Shown here: piece after piece, positions 1 to 12,658 of the stretch
Position numbering within the stretch: position 1 is the first letter of the stretch
Layout of the letters: each line of letters begins with the position of its first letter
Assembly (NCBI RefSeq): GCF_004010195.1
Contig: NC_057749.1
Location: 21,903,998 to 21,967,997, forward strand
Direction: 5' to 3'
DNA length: 64,000 bases
Origin: Chiloscyllium plagiosum
Lineage: Eukaryota
The notes under the pieces: model-generated
The model's database searches: none
What the model was told of the DNA's origin: nothing
Seen by the model: the letters and a program-made list of their open reading frames with translations, nothing else
Made by a program: the position numbers and the translations under genes

Positions 1-373
1 GCCCCTACATTTGCCCCTTACCTAACACTACGGGCAATTTAGCACGGCCAAGTCACCTGACCTGCACATCTTTGGACTGTGGGAGGAAACCGGAGAACCT
101 GGAGGAAACCCACGGGGAGAATGTGCAAACTCCACACAGTCAGTCGCCTGAGTCGGGAATTGAACCCGGTTCTCTGGCGCTGTGAGGCAGCAGTGCTAAC
201 CACTGTGCCACCGTGCCNACTGTGGGAGGAAACCGGAGCACCTGGAGGAAACCCACGCAGGCACGGGGAGAATGTGCAAACTCTACACAGACAGTTGCCT
301 GAGTCGGGAATTGAACCCGGTTCTCTGGCACTGTGAGGCAGCAGTGCTAACCACTGTGCCACCGTGCCGCCCA
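1..373 (-). mobile_element. HE1-type tRNA-derived SINE, 5' part present twice in tandem
   Basis: Reverse complement reads GGCGGCACGGTGGCACAGTGGTTAGCACTGCTGCCTCACAG...GGGTTCAATTCCC (A/B-box-like head), then TGTGTGGAGTTTGCACATTCTCCCCGTG. The head occurs twice, joined at an N at 218. Confidence 0.9.
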
Positions 374-632
374 CATGGGTGAAACTTGTGGCTCACCACG
401 GGTAAGTCCAGCCCAGAGTTATTTCGGAAATGAGCTGCAGTCACAGTAGACCTTTCCTTTAAGAGATAATGATCGCCATTTGAGTCCAGTTGCTGAGGAA
501 CATGGTCATCTGGTTAGTGCCCCCAGGTTGATTAGCAGCAAGTATCGAGTTGATGTCCTGCTTGCTCAAGAAGCAATGGCTAAGGTTTAATCTCTCTTGA
601 CCCCTGTGTCCAAGCCTGAAGCCATCACATTT

Positions 633-909
633 ATAGAATAGACTCCCTTCGGCCCAACACGTCCGCACCGACCTTCTGAAGAGTACCCCACCCAGACCCA
701 TTCCCCCCTGACTAATGCACGTAACCTCCACATCCCTGGACACTGAGCAATCTAGTATGGCCAATTCAGCCTAATCTTTGGACTGTGAGAGGAAACTTGA
801 GCGCCTGGAAGAAACCCATGTAGACAAACACCACACAGACAGTCACTCGAGGCTAGAATCGAACCTGGGCCCCTGGCGCTGTGAGGCAGCAGTCCTAACC
901 ACTGAGCTA
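633..909 (-). mobile_element. HE1-type SINE
   Basis: Same head and body motifs on the minus strand, with tail TTGGGCCGAAGGG. Confidence 0.85.
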
Positions 910-1164
910 TAGGGGAGAGAGGAAAAGAGCAAGGAGTCAAGACAAAGGGCAGGAAATTAAAATTGGAACTCAGTGGATAAGAGTGAATTCAGGAAGTTCC
1001 TTTTAGGTAAAGATTGGTAAGAACCTGGAACCTTCCCTCCCTAAACTTTTAGGTGCAGTGATAATTGGAATTGATGAGACTGGGAATGATTGATTCTCAT
1101 TGGGTGAGAATGGGTCTAAGGTAAGTAAATGGAATTGAGGTGCTGATCAAGAGTTTTTTTAAAA

Positions 1165-1955
1165 TTCATTCATGGCATAAGGGCATCGCCATCTAGGCCA
1201 GCATTTATTGCCCATCCCTAATTGCCCAGAGGGCAGTTAAGAGTTAACCACATTGCTGTGGGTCTGGAGTCACATGTAGGCCAGACCAGGTAAGGATGGC
1301 AGTTTCCTTCCCGAAAGGAAATTAGTGAGCAAGATGGGTTTTCCCCTAACAATTGAGTCATGGTTATCATTAGACTCCCAATTCCAGATGTTTTTTTATT
1401 ATTGAATTCAAATTCCACTATCTGCCATGAGAAGATTCAAGCCCTGGTCCCCAGATTATTAGCTGGGTCTCTGGATTAAGCTCCTGGGCCTGGGCCTCCC
1501 CCATCACCACTCACTAACCACCCGACGCCTGGAGGAAGAACGCCTCATCTTCTGCCTCCTGACCGTCCAACCCCATGGCTTCAACGTGGATTTCATCAGT
1601 TTCCTCATTTCCCCTCCCCCCCCTCTTATCCCAGATCCAACCTTCCAACTCAGCACCGCCCTCTTCAACTGTCCCATCTGTCCATCTTCCTTCCCACCTA
1701 GCCACTCCACCCTCCCCTCCGACCTACCACCATCACTCCCACCTCTATCCACCTATCGCACTCTCAGCTACCTCACCCCCAGTACCACTCCCTCTCATTT
1801 ATCTCACCACCCCTTAAGCTCCCAGCCTCATTCCTAATGAAGGGAAACATAGATTCTCCTGCTCCTCGGATGCTGCCCGACCTGCTGTGCTTTTCCAGCA
1901 CCACACTCTTGACTCTGGATTAACAGTCAAGCAATAATACTACTAGGCCATTGCC
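1165..1955 (-). mobile_element. Second tRNA-headed SINE family (here 'SINE-B'), interrupted by a Penelope-like insert
   Basis: CCAGCATTTATTGCCCATCCCTAATTGCCC...GGGTCTGGAGTCACATGTAGGCCAGACC recurs at about 7240, 8815, 16650 and 56320. A tRNA-like head lies at the distal end. Confidence 0.8.
1480..1912 (+). mobile_element. Penelope-like element (family A) 3' fragment
   Basis: Encodes RRLEEERLIFCLLTVQPHGFNVDF, a GIY-YIG C-terminal motif. TSD CTCTGGATTAA at 1469-1479 and 1913-1923. Confidence 0.85.
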
Positions 1956-2295
1956 TACCTGTAAGGGATATGAGAGGGGCTGAATGGCCTCCATTTGTTT
2001 CTGTGCTCCTTTGTAACCAAATAGAAGGTCTTGTGCTTTTGTGCCAGACGTTCGGGGCTCAAATCCCACTCCAGGTTTTGATGGTCAAAGAAGTTGTGTT
2101 TATAATATGGCCCCAAACATGTTGACGTCCAGCCCACAAGGGAGGCAAGAATGGGAGAGATTTGCGGTCAGCTATGGACATTGAAAGGATTTGGAGCCTT
2201 GGCCGTCACTGTCCATAGGCTCAGACAACATATGTAATAGTGTGTATTGCTATTAGCGATCTGACTGACTCAGCTCAGTGTGGATGAGATTGGTG

Positions 2296-2421
2296 CTGAA
2301 GAAGGGCTTATGCCCGAAACGTCGATTCTCCTGCTCCTTGGATGCTGCCTGACCTGCTGCGCTTTTCCAGCAACACATTTTCAGCTCTGATCTCCAGCAT
2401 CTGCAGTCCTCACTTTCTCCT
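2296..2421 (+). mobile_element. Penelope-like family A terminal fragment with hammerhead motif
   Basis: CTGAAGA-AGGGC-TTAT-GCCC-GAAAC-GTC, followed by the family A tail GATTCTCCTGCTCCTTGGATGCTGCCTGACCTGCTG. Confidence 0.8.
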
Positions 2422-2566
2422 GGGTTTCAATCCCCATCTTGTCTGAGGTGGATTTGGGATGTGTCACCTTGCCCCGCCTATTTAGAGATCATGGCGGTCT
2501 GGGTTACATCTGCCTTTAGACAGAGAAATCAAGGAGGAAATTAGCCGTGGATAATAATGAAATGTT

Positions 2567-2810
2567 AGTGAGTTTTGAGAAGATTTGTAGCTCAGGTTGA
2601 GGTCCTGTTTGTAGGTTTGCTCACTGAGCTGGAAGGTTCGTTTTCAGATGTTTCATCATCAGACAGGGTAACATCATCAGTGAGCCTCCGGATTAAGCAC
2701 CGGTGGTGTGGACCGCTTTCTATTTATAAATAAAAGACTCTATGGAAGATGCTACGTGATGAAACATCTGAAAACGAACCTTCCAGCTCATCGAGCAAGC
2801 CTACATCCAG
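2567..2810. mobile_element. Penelope-like family B fold-back insertion
   Basis: Inverted copies of GAAACATCTGAAAACGAACCTTCCAGCTCA. TSD AATAATGAAATGTT at 2553-2566 and 2811-2824. Confidence 0.8.
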
Positions 2811-2839
2811 AATAATGAAATGTTTTAGCCATCTGCAGA

Positions 2840-3960
2840 ATCATACAACATAGAAGAAACCATTCGGCCCATCAAGGCTATACTAAAGGTCGTACGGTTT
2901 CCTGCTTCAATACCTTCCCAGGCAGTGTATTCCTGACACCCACTACTCTCCTCCACTCCTCTCTAAGCCTCCTGCCCCCATCTTAAAATTATACCCCATT
3001 TGTTATTGACTCTTCAATGAAGGGGATCACCTGCTTCCTATTCATCTTGTCCACGCCCCTCATTATCTTATACACCTCAGTCAGGGCACCTTGCAGCCTT
3101 CTGAGCTCCAAATCAAACAACCCGAGCTTATCCAGCCTCTCTCCATCACTGAAATGCAGCATCTTGGGTGAATCTCCCATGCACCCCTCTCCAGTGCAAT
3201 CACATCCTTCCAAAGCGCGGAGACCTGAACTGCGCACAGCACTCCAGCTGTACAGCTCCCCCATCACCCTCTGCCTCCTATCTGCATGAGCCCCTCATAT
3301 TTCCCCAATTGTGTTACAATACAATTCAGGACATTCATGGCTTCATAGTAATAGAAGCAGGAGTAGGCCATTTGGCCCATCGAGCCTGCTCTGCCAGTCA
3401 TTAAGATCATGGCTGCTCTATCCATTGTCTCAGCTCCTCCTACCAGCATTATACCCATAATCCTTCATTCCCCTACCACGCAAAAACACATCCACTGTCT
3501 CTTGAATATATTTAATGAAGCTGTCCCGACCGTTTCCTTGGGCAGAGAATTCCATAGATTCACTACTATCTGGGAAAAGCAGATCCTCCTCATCTCTGTC
3601 CTCAATCTACTTCCCAAATCTTGAGGCCATGTCCCCTAGTCCTAGTGTCACCCAACAGCGGAAACAACTTGCCCGTCTCTGTCTTGACTATCCATTTCAT
3701 AATTTTATATGTTTCTATAAGATCCCCTCCAATTCTTCTAAATTCTAGTCCCCTCCAATTCTTCTAAATTCTAGTGAGTACAGTCCCAGGCGGCTCAACC
3801 TCTCCTCATAGGGTAACTCCCTCACCTCCAGAATCAACCTGCACCGCCCCCAAAGCCAGTACATCCTTCCTCAAGTAAGGAGACCAGAACTACACACAAT
3901 ACTCCGTACAGCCTCACCAACACCTTGTACAATTGCAGGAAAACCTCCCTGCTCTTAAAT
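2840..3960 (-). mobile_element. Two CR1-type LINE 3' fragments
   Basis: ORF 2989-3267 encodes ERLDKLGLFDLELRRLQGALTEVYKIMRG, the CR1 ORF2 C-terminus. A second fragment spans about 3345-3960. Confidence 0.85.
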
Positions 3961-4002
3961 ATAATCTCGGTATTCAGGGGAGCAAGGAGCAACGCAAGCA
4001 AG

Positions 4003-4274
4003 ATATGGTGGCTCAGTGGTTAGCACTACATCCTCACAACGCCAGGGACCCAGGTTCGATCCCACCATCGGGCGATTATCTATGTGGAGTTTGCACATTC
4101 TCCCCGTGTCTGCGCGGGTTTCCTCTGGGTGCTCTGGTTTCCTCCCACAATCCAAAGATGTGCAGGTTAGATGAATTGGCCATGCTTAATTGCCCATGGT
4201 TACAGGGTAAGGTGGAGGGTCGGTGTGAACGCAGTGGGCTGAATGGCCTCCTTCCACACTATAGGGATTCTATG
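4003..4274 (+). mobile_element. HE1-type SINE
   Basis: TGGTGGCTCAGTGGTTAGCAC head and GGGATTCTATGA tail. Confidence 0.85.
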
Positions 4275-4589
4275 AAACAGGCACTGACAGGACACTAGAA
4301 TTCCTGTGGAAATAATTGCCGAGGTTTCTCACATCCTGCAGGAATGTAGTCATGATAAATAGGTGAGGCATGAAGGAACTGGACTGGGTGAGGTGACTGA
4401 GTCCAGGGGGACCTGAGGTTATCTCCTCTTGCTCCGGATGTACATTATTTAGTAGTGGGTCAATGCAAACATCAGTGCTTTGGAGTAATGCCACAATTGC
4501 AAATACTTTGGTCTGGAATTTTAGAAGCTAAAGGCACTGAACCCAGAACACTCTAAAACCTGAGATGCATTGACACTATGTTCAGAACA

Positions 4590-4916
4590 GGTGGCACGTT
4601 GGATCAGTGGTCAGCACTGCTGCCTCCCAGCGCCAGGGATCCCGGTTCGATTCCAGCCGTGGGCTGATTGCCTGTGTGGAGTCTGTGTGTTCTCCCTGGG
4701 TGGGTTTCCTCCCACATTCCAAAGATGTGCAGGTGAGGGTGGATAGGCCACGCTAAATTGCCCACAGTGTTCAGGGATGTGTAGGTTAGATGCATTCGTC
4801 AGGGGCAAATGTTGAGTGATAGGGTAGGGGAATGGGTCTGGGTGGGTTACTCTTCAGAGGGTCGGTGTGGACTCGTTGGGCCAAATGGCCTGGTTTCTCA
4901 CTGTGGGGTATCTAAG
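4590..4916 (+). mobile_element. HE1-type SINE
   Basis: Head, body and tail motifs all present. Confidence 0.85.
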
Positions 4917-5689
4917 ACGAACCAAAGGGGGCTCTGAGAGGAGCTGAGCCCATTACCCCATTTGTTGAAGGAGGAAGAGTATTGAATTACTGGCAGGGCA
5001 GCTTGAAGCTGTTCCTCCGATCCGACCACTCACTTATGCTGGGAGATAATAATTCATGTACTCAGAATATTAATAATATGTACAATAGAGAGGCTTTTAT
5101 TAAACATGTCAGTAACAGAGGAGCAGTGATAAATATTGAGTGAATACTCCAGTTCAAATCTCTATTTAAAAAGCCACATTCTGTCATTTCTTATGAATCA
5201 ACCTTGTAATTATTTCAGAGCAGAGAGACGGCAAGGCTTTAACTCACTCTGTCCTTTCCAACATTTGCCCATAGCTAAAGTGCAGTGTAGCAGCACCAGT
5301 GATTAATCCTCTGCCTTCAGCACTGTGCGGGGATATCCTTTCTGTTCCAAAGACAATCAGTGAGATGGAAAGTTTGCTGCTGTTGCCAAATAGTTAAAGC
5401 TGCAGTCAGGGCAGACATTAGACGGGACTCGCGTGGAAAGTGTTCATCTCAGAATGGAGTAACAGAGTCAGCCGAGTGCTCTTCATCGTGACAATGTGAG
5501 GAACACAGCTATCATTGTGATTCCGAAACACCAATTGATGCTCACAATGGGATCAATTGTTCGTTTCACTGAGGGGAAGCTGTGCATTTTCATCTATCAC
5601 CTCATGTCATTAAACCACATCCATCGTTCCCTCAGCCATGAGGTGGATGCAGGAGTCAGTTTACTGACTATAACCCACTAAATGATCGA

Positions 5690-6770
5690 TGCACTAACAG
5701 TGCGGCACTCCCTCAGTACTGATCTTCTGACAGTGCAATACTCCTTCAGTACTGACCCTCCGACAGTGCGGCACCCACTCAGTACCGACTCTCCGACAGT
5801 GCGGCACTCCCTCAGTACTGATCTTCTGACAGTGCAATACTCCCTCAGTACCGACTCTCCGACAGTGCGGCGCTCCCTCAGTACTGACCTTCCGACAGTG
5901 CAGCACTCCTTCAGTACTGACCCTCCGACAGTGCAGCACTCCTTTAGTACTGACCCTCCGACAGTGCAGCACTCCTTCGGGCTTGACCCTTCGACAGTGC
6001 AGCACTCCTTCAGTACTGACCCTCTGACAGTGCAGCACTCCTTCGGGCTTGACCCTCCGACAGTGCAGCACTCCTTCGGGCTTGACCCTTCGACAGTGCA
6101 GCACTCCTTCAGTACTGACCCTCTGACAGTGCAGCACTCCTTCAGTACTGACCCTCCGACAGTGCAGCACTCCTTCAGTACTGACCCTCCGACACTGCAG
6201 CACTCCTTCAGTACTGACCTTCCGACAGTGCAGCACTCCTTCAGTACTGACCTTCCGACAGTGCAGCACTCCTTCAGTACCGCCCCTCTGACAATGCTTC
6301 ACTTCTTCATTAATGATCTCTGACACTGCAGCATTCCCCAAAGACTGACACTCCCACACTGCAATACTCAATCAGTATTGCCCCTCTGGTGTCTGTAGGT
6401 CTGTAGGTACTGACCCTCTGACAATGCTGCACTCCTTCAGTACTAACCCTCCGATAGTGCAGCACTCCATCAATACTGACTCTCTGACAGTGTGGCATTC
6501 CCTCAGTAATAACTCTCCGACAGTGCAGCACTCCCTCAGCACTGACCCTCCGACAGTGCGACACTCCCTCAGTACTGACCCTCTGACAGTGCTGCACTCC
6601 CTCAGTACTGACCCTCCCTCAACACTGCATCACTCCCTCAACACTGACCCTCTCACAGTGCAATAGTCAATCGTACTGACCCTCCGACAGTGCAGCTGTT
6701 CCAAGTACTGACCCTCTGACAGCATAGCATCCTGCAGTATTGACTCTCTGACAGCGTGGCACCCCTCTGC
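5690..6770. repeat. 33-bp minisatellite
   Basis: Unit CAGTACTGACCCTCCGACAGTGCAGCACTCC(C/T)T repeated in tandem, giving 11-aa periodic pseudo-ORFs on both strands. Confidence 0.95.
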
Positions 6771-6952
6771 CAATTGTACCTCTACTAACTCACTGAAAAT
6801 CTATTGCAAGGCACCCTAAAGCATGGTTGGTAGAGGTGGCACCCTTTCCTTTCAATGTGCCCAGAAGTAAAAACCTCATGTCAAGGAGAACATCAGTGAC
6901 GCAGACATTGCAAGAAGATATTGCAGAGTACACTCAAAGGTAAGGTCAGGAT

Positions 6953-7207
6953 TCCTCTTTCTCTCTTTTTCTCTCTCTTTTTCTCTCTTTTTCTCTTTTT
7001 CTCTCTATTTTTCTCTTTTTCTCTCTCGTTTTCTCCCTTTTTCTTTTCTTTTTCTCTGTTTCTCTCTCTTTCTCTTTTTCTCTCTTTTTCTCTCTATTTT
7101 TCTCTCTTTCTTGCTCTCTTTTTCTCTCTTTTTCTCTCTCTTTTTCTTCCTTTCTCTCTTTTTCTCTCTCTTTTTCTCTCTTTCTCTCTTTTTCTCTCTT
7201 TTTCTCT
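6953..7207. repeat. Polypyrimidine (CT/T)n low-complexity tract
   Basis: Directly visible. It abuts the 3' end of a minus-strand SINE-B copy. Confidence 0.95.
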
Positions 7208-7545
7208 TATTCAATCAAAGAATGTGGTCATCGCTGGCTAGACCAGCATTTACTGTCCATCCCTAATTGCCCAGAGGGCAGTTAAGAGTCAACCACTTTG
7301 CTGTGGGTCTGCATTTGCATGTAGGCCAGACCAGGTAAGGATGGCAGATTTCCATCACTGCAAGCGAATAGAATGCATTTCTTAATGCTTACATAGTTGC
7401 CATTGAACTCATATTTTATTTGAGATTTTTATTGAATTCAATTTACACACCAAATTGTCTTAGCTTGGTATTGAGGGAGTGCCATGGTGGGATTGGAAAT
7501 GTTGCCCCAGAACAGATTCTTGGACCACGGCATTACAAGTCCAGT
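7208..7545 (-). mobile_element. SINE-B copy
   Basis: Matches 1165-1470. Confidence 0.8.
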
Positions 7546-7864
7546 TGCATTTGGAGTCAAGAATTAGAAGGGCAATTTCAAGCCCCTGATAATGACATCA
7601 AAATGGGCACTGCAGCAAAATCTAGGATGACAGTTCCAAACATGTAAAAGGGATGTGTAATTTGCAAATAAACTTCAATTAAAGATAAAGCACACTTTCT
7701 GCAAGGAAGAGACACAGAGAGTCTCATCCATCCTTGTTTGTAAGGCTAGTGTCTTGGATGGAATAGAAGAGACAGTTTAGGGGCTTTGAAAAACATAGAT
7801 AACCAAAAAGAACACTATTTTAAAATGTAAAGAAATGCTAAATACAATTGCTGGAATCAAAATT

Positions 7865-8143
7865 GGGCAGCACGGTGTCTTGGTGGTTAGCACTGCTGCC
7901 TCACAGCACCAGGAACCTACGTTCAATTCCACCCTCGGACTTTATGGAGTTTGCACATACTCCCTGTTTCCTCCCAGAGATCCGGTTTCCTCTCACAGTC
8001 CAAAGATGTACAGACTAGGTGAATTGGCCATGGGAAATGCAGAGTTACAAAGATGTGGTCAGTCTGGGTGGGATATTGTGTGGAAAGTTGGTGTGAACTC
8101 GATGGGCTGAATGGCCTGCTTCCACACTTCAGGGATTCTATGA
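7865..8143 (+). mobile_element. HE1-type SINE
   Basis: Head and GGGATTCTATGA tail present. Confidence 0.8.
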
Positions 8144-8277
8144 AAAGCAAAGAGGTTAAATTGAACCTGAAAAAAATGTTTGATAGACCACATTTGGAGG
8201 ACTGCGAACAACTCAAATCTTGAACTTTTAAGAAGGATATCGGCATGATAGAACAAAGATGAGCTACCAGTTCCATA

Positions 8278-8498
8278 GATTAGAGTGGTGCTGGAAAAGG
8301 ACAGCAGGTCAAGCAGCATCTGAAGAGCAGGAAAATTGACATTTCAGGCAAAAGCCCTTCGTCAGGAATGCCCGAGTGCTTTTGTCTGAAACGTCAATCT
8401 TCCTGCTCCTCGGATGCTGCCTGACCTGCTGTGCTTTTCCAGCACCACTCTAATCTTGACTCTAATCTCCAGTATCTGCAGTCCTCACTTTTGCCTAT
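8278..8498. mobile_element. Penelope-like family A fold-back insertion
   Basis: Inverted copies of GGATGCTGCCTGACCTGCTGTGCTTTTCCAGCACCACTCTAATC. TSD CAGTTCCATA at 8268-8277 and 8499-8508. Confidence 0.8.
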
Positions 8499-8544
8499 CA
8501 GTTCCATATCTGGGGCCATCACTGTGACAGCCTGTTTCTATCTC

Positions 8545-9710
8545 AACGACATTGCTTGTCTTTGCTGATCTTCATTGGCTCCCAGATTAGAAACATCTTC
8601 ATTTTAAAATCCTTATCTTTGTTTTCCATCATCCCATCGTCTTTGTTCCTCTCAATCTCTGTAATCTCGTCCACACTCTCGAGCCTCTGAAATACATAGA
8701 CTCTACTTCTGAACTCATGCACATTTCCAAATGTAATGGTTCCATCACTGGTGGCCATCTCTTTGATTGCCTTAGTTCTGTTCATTCACGGGCTGAGGGT
8801 GTCACCAGCTCAGCCAGCATTTATTGCCCATCCCTAATTGCCCCAAGGACAGTTAAAGGTCAACCACATGGCCGTGGGGCTTGAGTCACGTGTAGAACAG
8901 ACCAGGTAAGGATAGCAGTCTCCTTCCCTGAAGGACATTAGTGAACCAGATGGGTTTTCCCAGCCATCAGCAATAATTTCCTGATCATCATTCAACTCTT
9001 AATTCCAGATTTTTATTGAATTCAAATTCCACCAAATTTCATCTAAAAATCTCTGTAGTGTGGGAGCAGGCCAGTTTGGCGCACTGAGTCCACATCGACC
9101 TTCTAAAGAGCATCCCACCCAGACCCTATAAACCTGCATTCGCCATGGTGAATCTGCCTAGCCTGCACATCACTGGACACTATGGGCAATTTCCCATGGT
9201 CAATCCACCCCACCCGCACATCTTCAGTCTATGGGAGGCAACTGGAGCCCCCTGAGGAAACCCACACAGATACAGGGCGAAGGTGCAAACTCCACACTGA
9301 CTGTCATCCAACGGATTGAACCCAGGTCTGTGGTGCTGTGAGGCAGAAGTGTTAACCACTGTGTCATGTTAGAATTCAAACCCACATTACCAGAGCGTTA
9401 CCTGGGTTAATGTCTGGTATACCCTCCCAGCACCCCCCTGGGCTAGGAGCTATTGTGGCGTACTGTGGAGCCCCTAGCTGTCAACCTAGCTTCAAGTCTC
9501 ACCTGGGTCATAACTGCCTACCCTTCCCTGCCCCAGCTTCCACCTTAAAGACACTCCTTAAAATCTACCTTGTTGGCAAAGTTTTCTTTTGGTCATCTGA
9601 CCTAATATCTCCTCATGGTGTCATACGTTGTTTTATAACGCTCCTGTGAAGTGGTTGGGAACACTTTATGGCATCAAAGGTGCTATATAAATATAAGTTA
9701 TTGTTTTTAT
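8545..9710 (+). mobile_element. Old L2-like LINE 3' region with nested SINE-B (8782-9415, -) and HE1 (9046-9366, -)
   Basis: L2-like tail AAGACACTCCTTAAAATCTACC...AAAGGTGCTATATAAATATAAGTTATTG. The nested SINE motifs are visible. Confidence 0.6.
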
Positions 9711-12129
9711 TGTTGAGAACTTGGAACCAAATGGACAGCCTACGACTGGAGGCCGTGTTCTGCACCAGGTTACCCACAGTGACTGACAGACTGATCACTA
9801 GCTGTAAATTTTCATGACAAGGTTTTACAGTCATACCTTTCAGATTGATTTCATTATTTTAATGACAGTTATTATAAGGATGAATTTGAATACCATGATT
9901 TCTGAGCTGTGAAGATAATGTAACAACTTCAAGATTGGACACTATAAAATTGCCCTCTCTGTGGCAGTTGCTTTATTATAACAATAAAACATAGTTTAAT
10001 GCAGATTCAAAATAAATTGCTGTGTGATTCAAAGCCGGGAACTGCTGCAATATGTCACACAAGACATACAGCTATTGTTTCTGTACTGAGATATATTCTA
10101 TCATCATTTGTCTGCTGGCCACTAACCTTGTACACATCATTGCCTGTTCCTGCTTAGTTAGTTTGTCAAGGTCAGAGTGCTTTGGCCTGTTATTGATGGT
10201 AAACTATTAAGGAATGAGCATAAGATGAACATAAAGGGGTTGGAATAGTTAGCTTTTGATCAACACAAGTCGCCTGGGATCAAGCAGTTCGATGCAGCTC
10301 AGGAATAATTCTTGGACCGAGTCTATACAGGAGTGAAAGCAGCATGACACACGCACTTCTGTAATGAGATTCCATCACACAGATTTAGGCCGAATATTTT
10401 AATAATAATTAGGAAGCCTTCAGAGGACAGTGAGAGGCAGATGTGTCAGGGCAGGGTTTGCAAGGGCTGCCTCAGACTAGAGGTGAGGAAGCGAGGAAAG
10501 GGGCTTCAGATCTGATGTGGGACCCTTGCTTTCCTGAGGGGTCCTGCCTCCGAAAGTTTCCCGGTGTAATTCTCTGCAGCCACTCCCCACTGCAATTTGA
10601 AGAACAGCACGAACATTTGATCCTGCTCGGAAATTTCGGCTTTGTTCTATTTAATTCCCCGTCAGTGCTGCTCTGAAACTGGGATAATATGTGGCTGCTC
10701 ACCTTCACCCATCTGTTTCGCAACCTGAAGAGTTTTTAATATCGTTTTAATAAAACACCAGTGAGGATGGACATTGCTCGCTTGGTCCACTTGTTTCAGA
10801 TTGTGTAGAATTGATGACACTTAAGGGTGAAATCCTCAAAAAAAGAGGTGCAATATTTCTTTGCAAAATCTTCCCAGGAGCTGAGTGAGAATGTGTTGGC
10901 TGAGAACAATAGGAATGTTGGGGAGACAGAAGGAGGGAGATAAAACACAGCCACTTCTGTCTCAACATAAATTAGGCACTGTTAAATCTATTTAAAAATT
11001 AACTCCTTTATTAAGCTTACTTTTGTAGCAGTGTTTAGTTAGTTACAGGCTGGAGAGGGGAAACAATTAAAACTGATACAAAGAAGGCTGAATGATTCCG
11101 TCTGTAAATGAATTATCAGATATTTATAGCCAGGAAGTGTGAGAAATCTTGTCCAGCTGGGATTTAAATCGTTAATTTGAAGGCAAGCTGTAATCACTCG
11201 GAAACTCCTGAAAGAGAAAAATTAGCTTGAAATTGCAAAGACATCCTTTAGATTATCATACTGTTCCTATATTATAAACTCAATGAGGAAAGGAACTGGG
11301 GTAGATTTTGACATTCTGTGATTCGGTGTGAAAGGTGAGGGCCATTGCTCAATTAATTTCCTCCCTATGATGTCTATTTGCACTGATTTCAATGAATTCA
11401 TGAGCACCCATTTTGCACTCAGCGAGTCAATGTGTGTGCATTTCAAGGTTAATATGCAAAAACTAATTTAATCCCTAAAGTTGTGACCTTTGTATACTTG
11501 AGCAGCTAGGTAATAGACTTGCAATTGCAACGATGACACTCTAGTAAAGAACAATTATTTACTTCCTTGTTCATCTTTTGTTCAAGAAATTCATGCCATT
11601 GTCTTAAAGTTAAAATAAGGTCTGAAAGTGCAACGTTCTATTGCTCATCACTGATGTGACAGACTCTCTGGAGGCAGAGATTAATCCTCTAGCTAAAAGC
11701 AATTAACAGACCGGGCTGTTCCTTGTTTCATTTTTCTGTGCCTGTTACGGGAAGCTTACATGGATCTCTGAGGTGCAGAGTTGGAATTGATGGAAGATAC
11801 AGTGAAGTAAGAATAGTCAACACCAAAAATGGACAAGGAATATGCCAGCGATTAATATCAGGAGTAAAGCATACAGAAGGCTGTGGCTCAATAGATAGTG
11901 CCTTACCCTCTGAATAAGACAGTGTGTGTTCGAATCCCACTCCAGCAGAGTGCAGGATTGCAGACTGACATCCCACTGTGGCATTGTAAGAGTGCTGCAT
12001 TGTCAGGAGTGCCGTTATTCAGTTGAGATGCTAAACTGAAACCCTCTCAGGAAGATTTATATGATCCCATGGTCTTGTTCCAAAGAGTTGTGGTGGAATT
12101 ATCCCAAGTGTTCTGACAATAATTAACTT

Positions 12130-12535
12130 GGGCAGCATGGTGGCTCAGTGGTTAGCATTGCAACCTCACAGAACCAGGCACGTGGGTTCGATTCCAGCCT
12201 TGGGTGACTGTCTGTGTGGAGTTTGCACATTCTCCCTGTGTCGGCATGGGTTTCCCCCCACAGTCCAAAGATGTGCAGGTCAGGGTGAATTGGCCATGGC
12301 AATTGCCCATAATGTTCAGGGATTTGCAGGTTAGGGTGGATTGGCCGTACTAATTGTCCAGAGCTGTGCAGGTTAGGGTGAATTGGCCATGCTAAAGTGC
12401 CCATTGTGTTAGTCAGGGGTAAATGTAAGGTAGGGGAATGGGAATGGGTCTGGGTGGGTTACTCTTCAGAGGGTTGGTGTGGACGTGTTGGGCCGAAGGG
12501 CCTGTTTCCATACTGTAGGGAATCTAATCTAATCA
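12130..12535 (+). mobile_element. HE1-type SINE with internal repeated segments
   Basis: GTGCAGGT(C/T)AGGGTG(A/G)ATTGGCC-like motif occurs three times. Tail is (AATCT)n. Confidence 0.9.
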
Positions 12536-12658
12536 ATTTCACAAAATCTGTTTGCTGTTGTTTATTGGAATGTATTGTGTTGGCACAAATTGGTTGCCAC
12601 CTTTCCTACTTTACAATAATAGTTACAAGAGTATTTTTTCAGTCAAGCACTTTGGAAG

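Noticed and set aside
1..373. Dimeric SINE or tRNA genes
   Set aside because: The junction falls on an N (218), so an assembly join is likely. The heads are SINE-derived and lack a full cloverleaf.
3723..3774. 26-bp perfect tandem duplication
   Set aside because: Ordinary slippage inside a dead CR1 fragment.
5682..6371. 213-aa and 225-aa overlapping ORFs
   Set aside because: The 33-bp repeat is open on both strands. There is no other coding evidence.
6921..7241. Hydrophobic F/L/S and basic K/R/E ORFs (also 47966-48280)
   Set aside because: Microsatellite translations.
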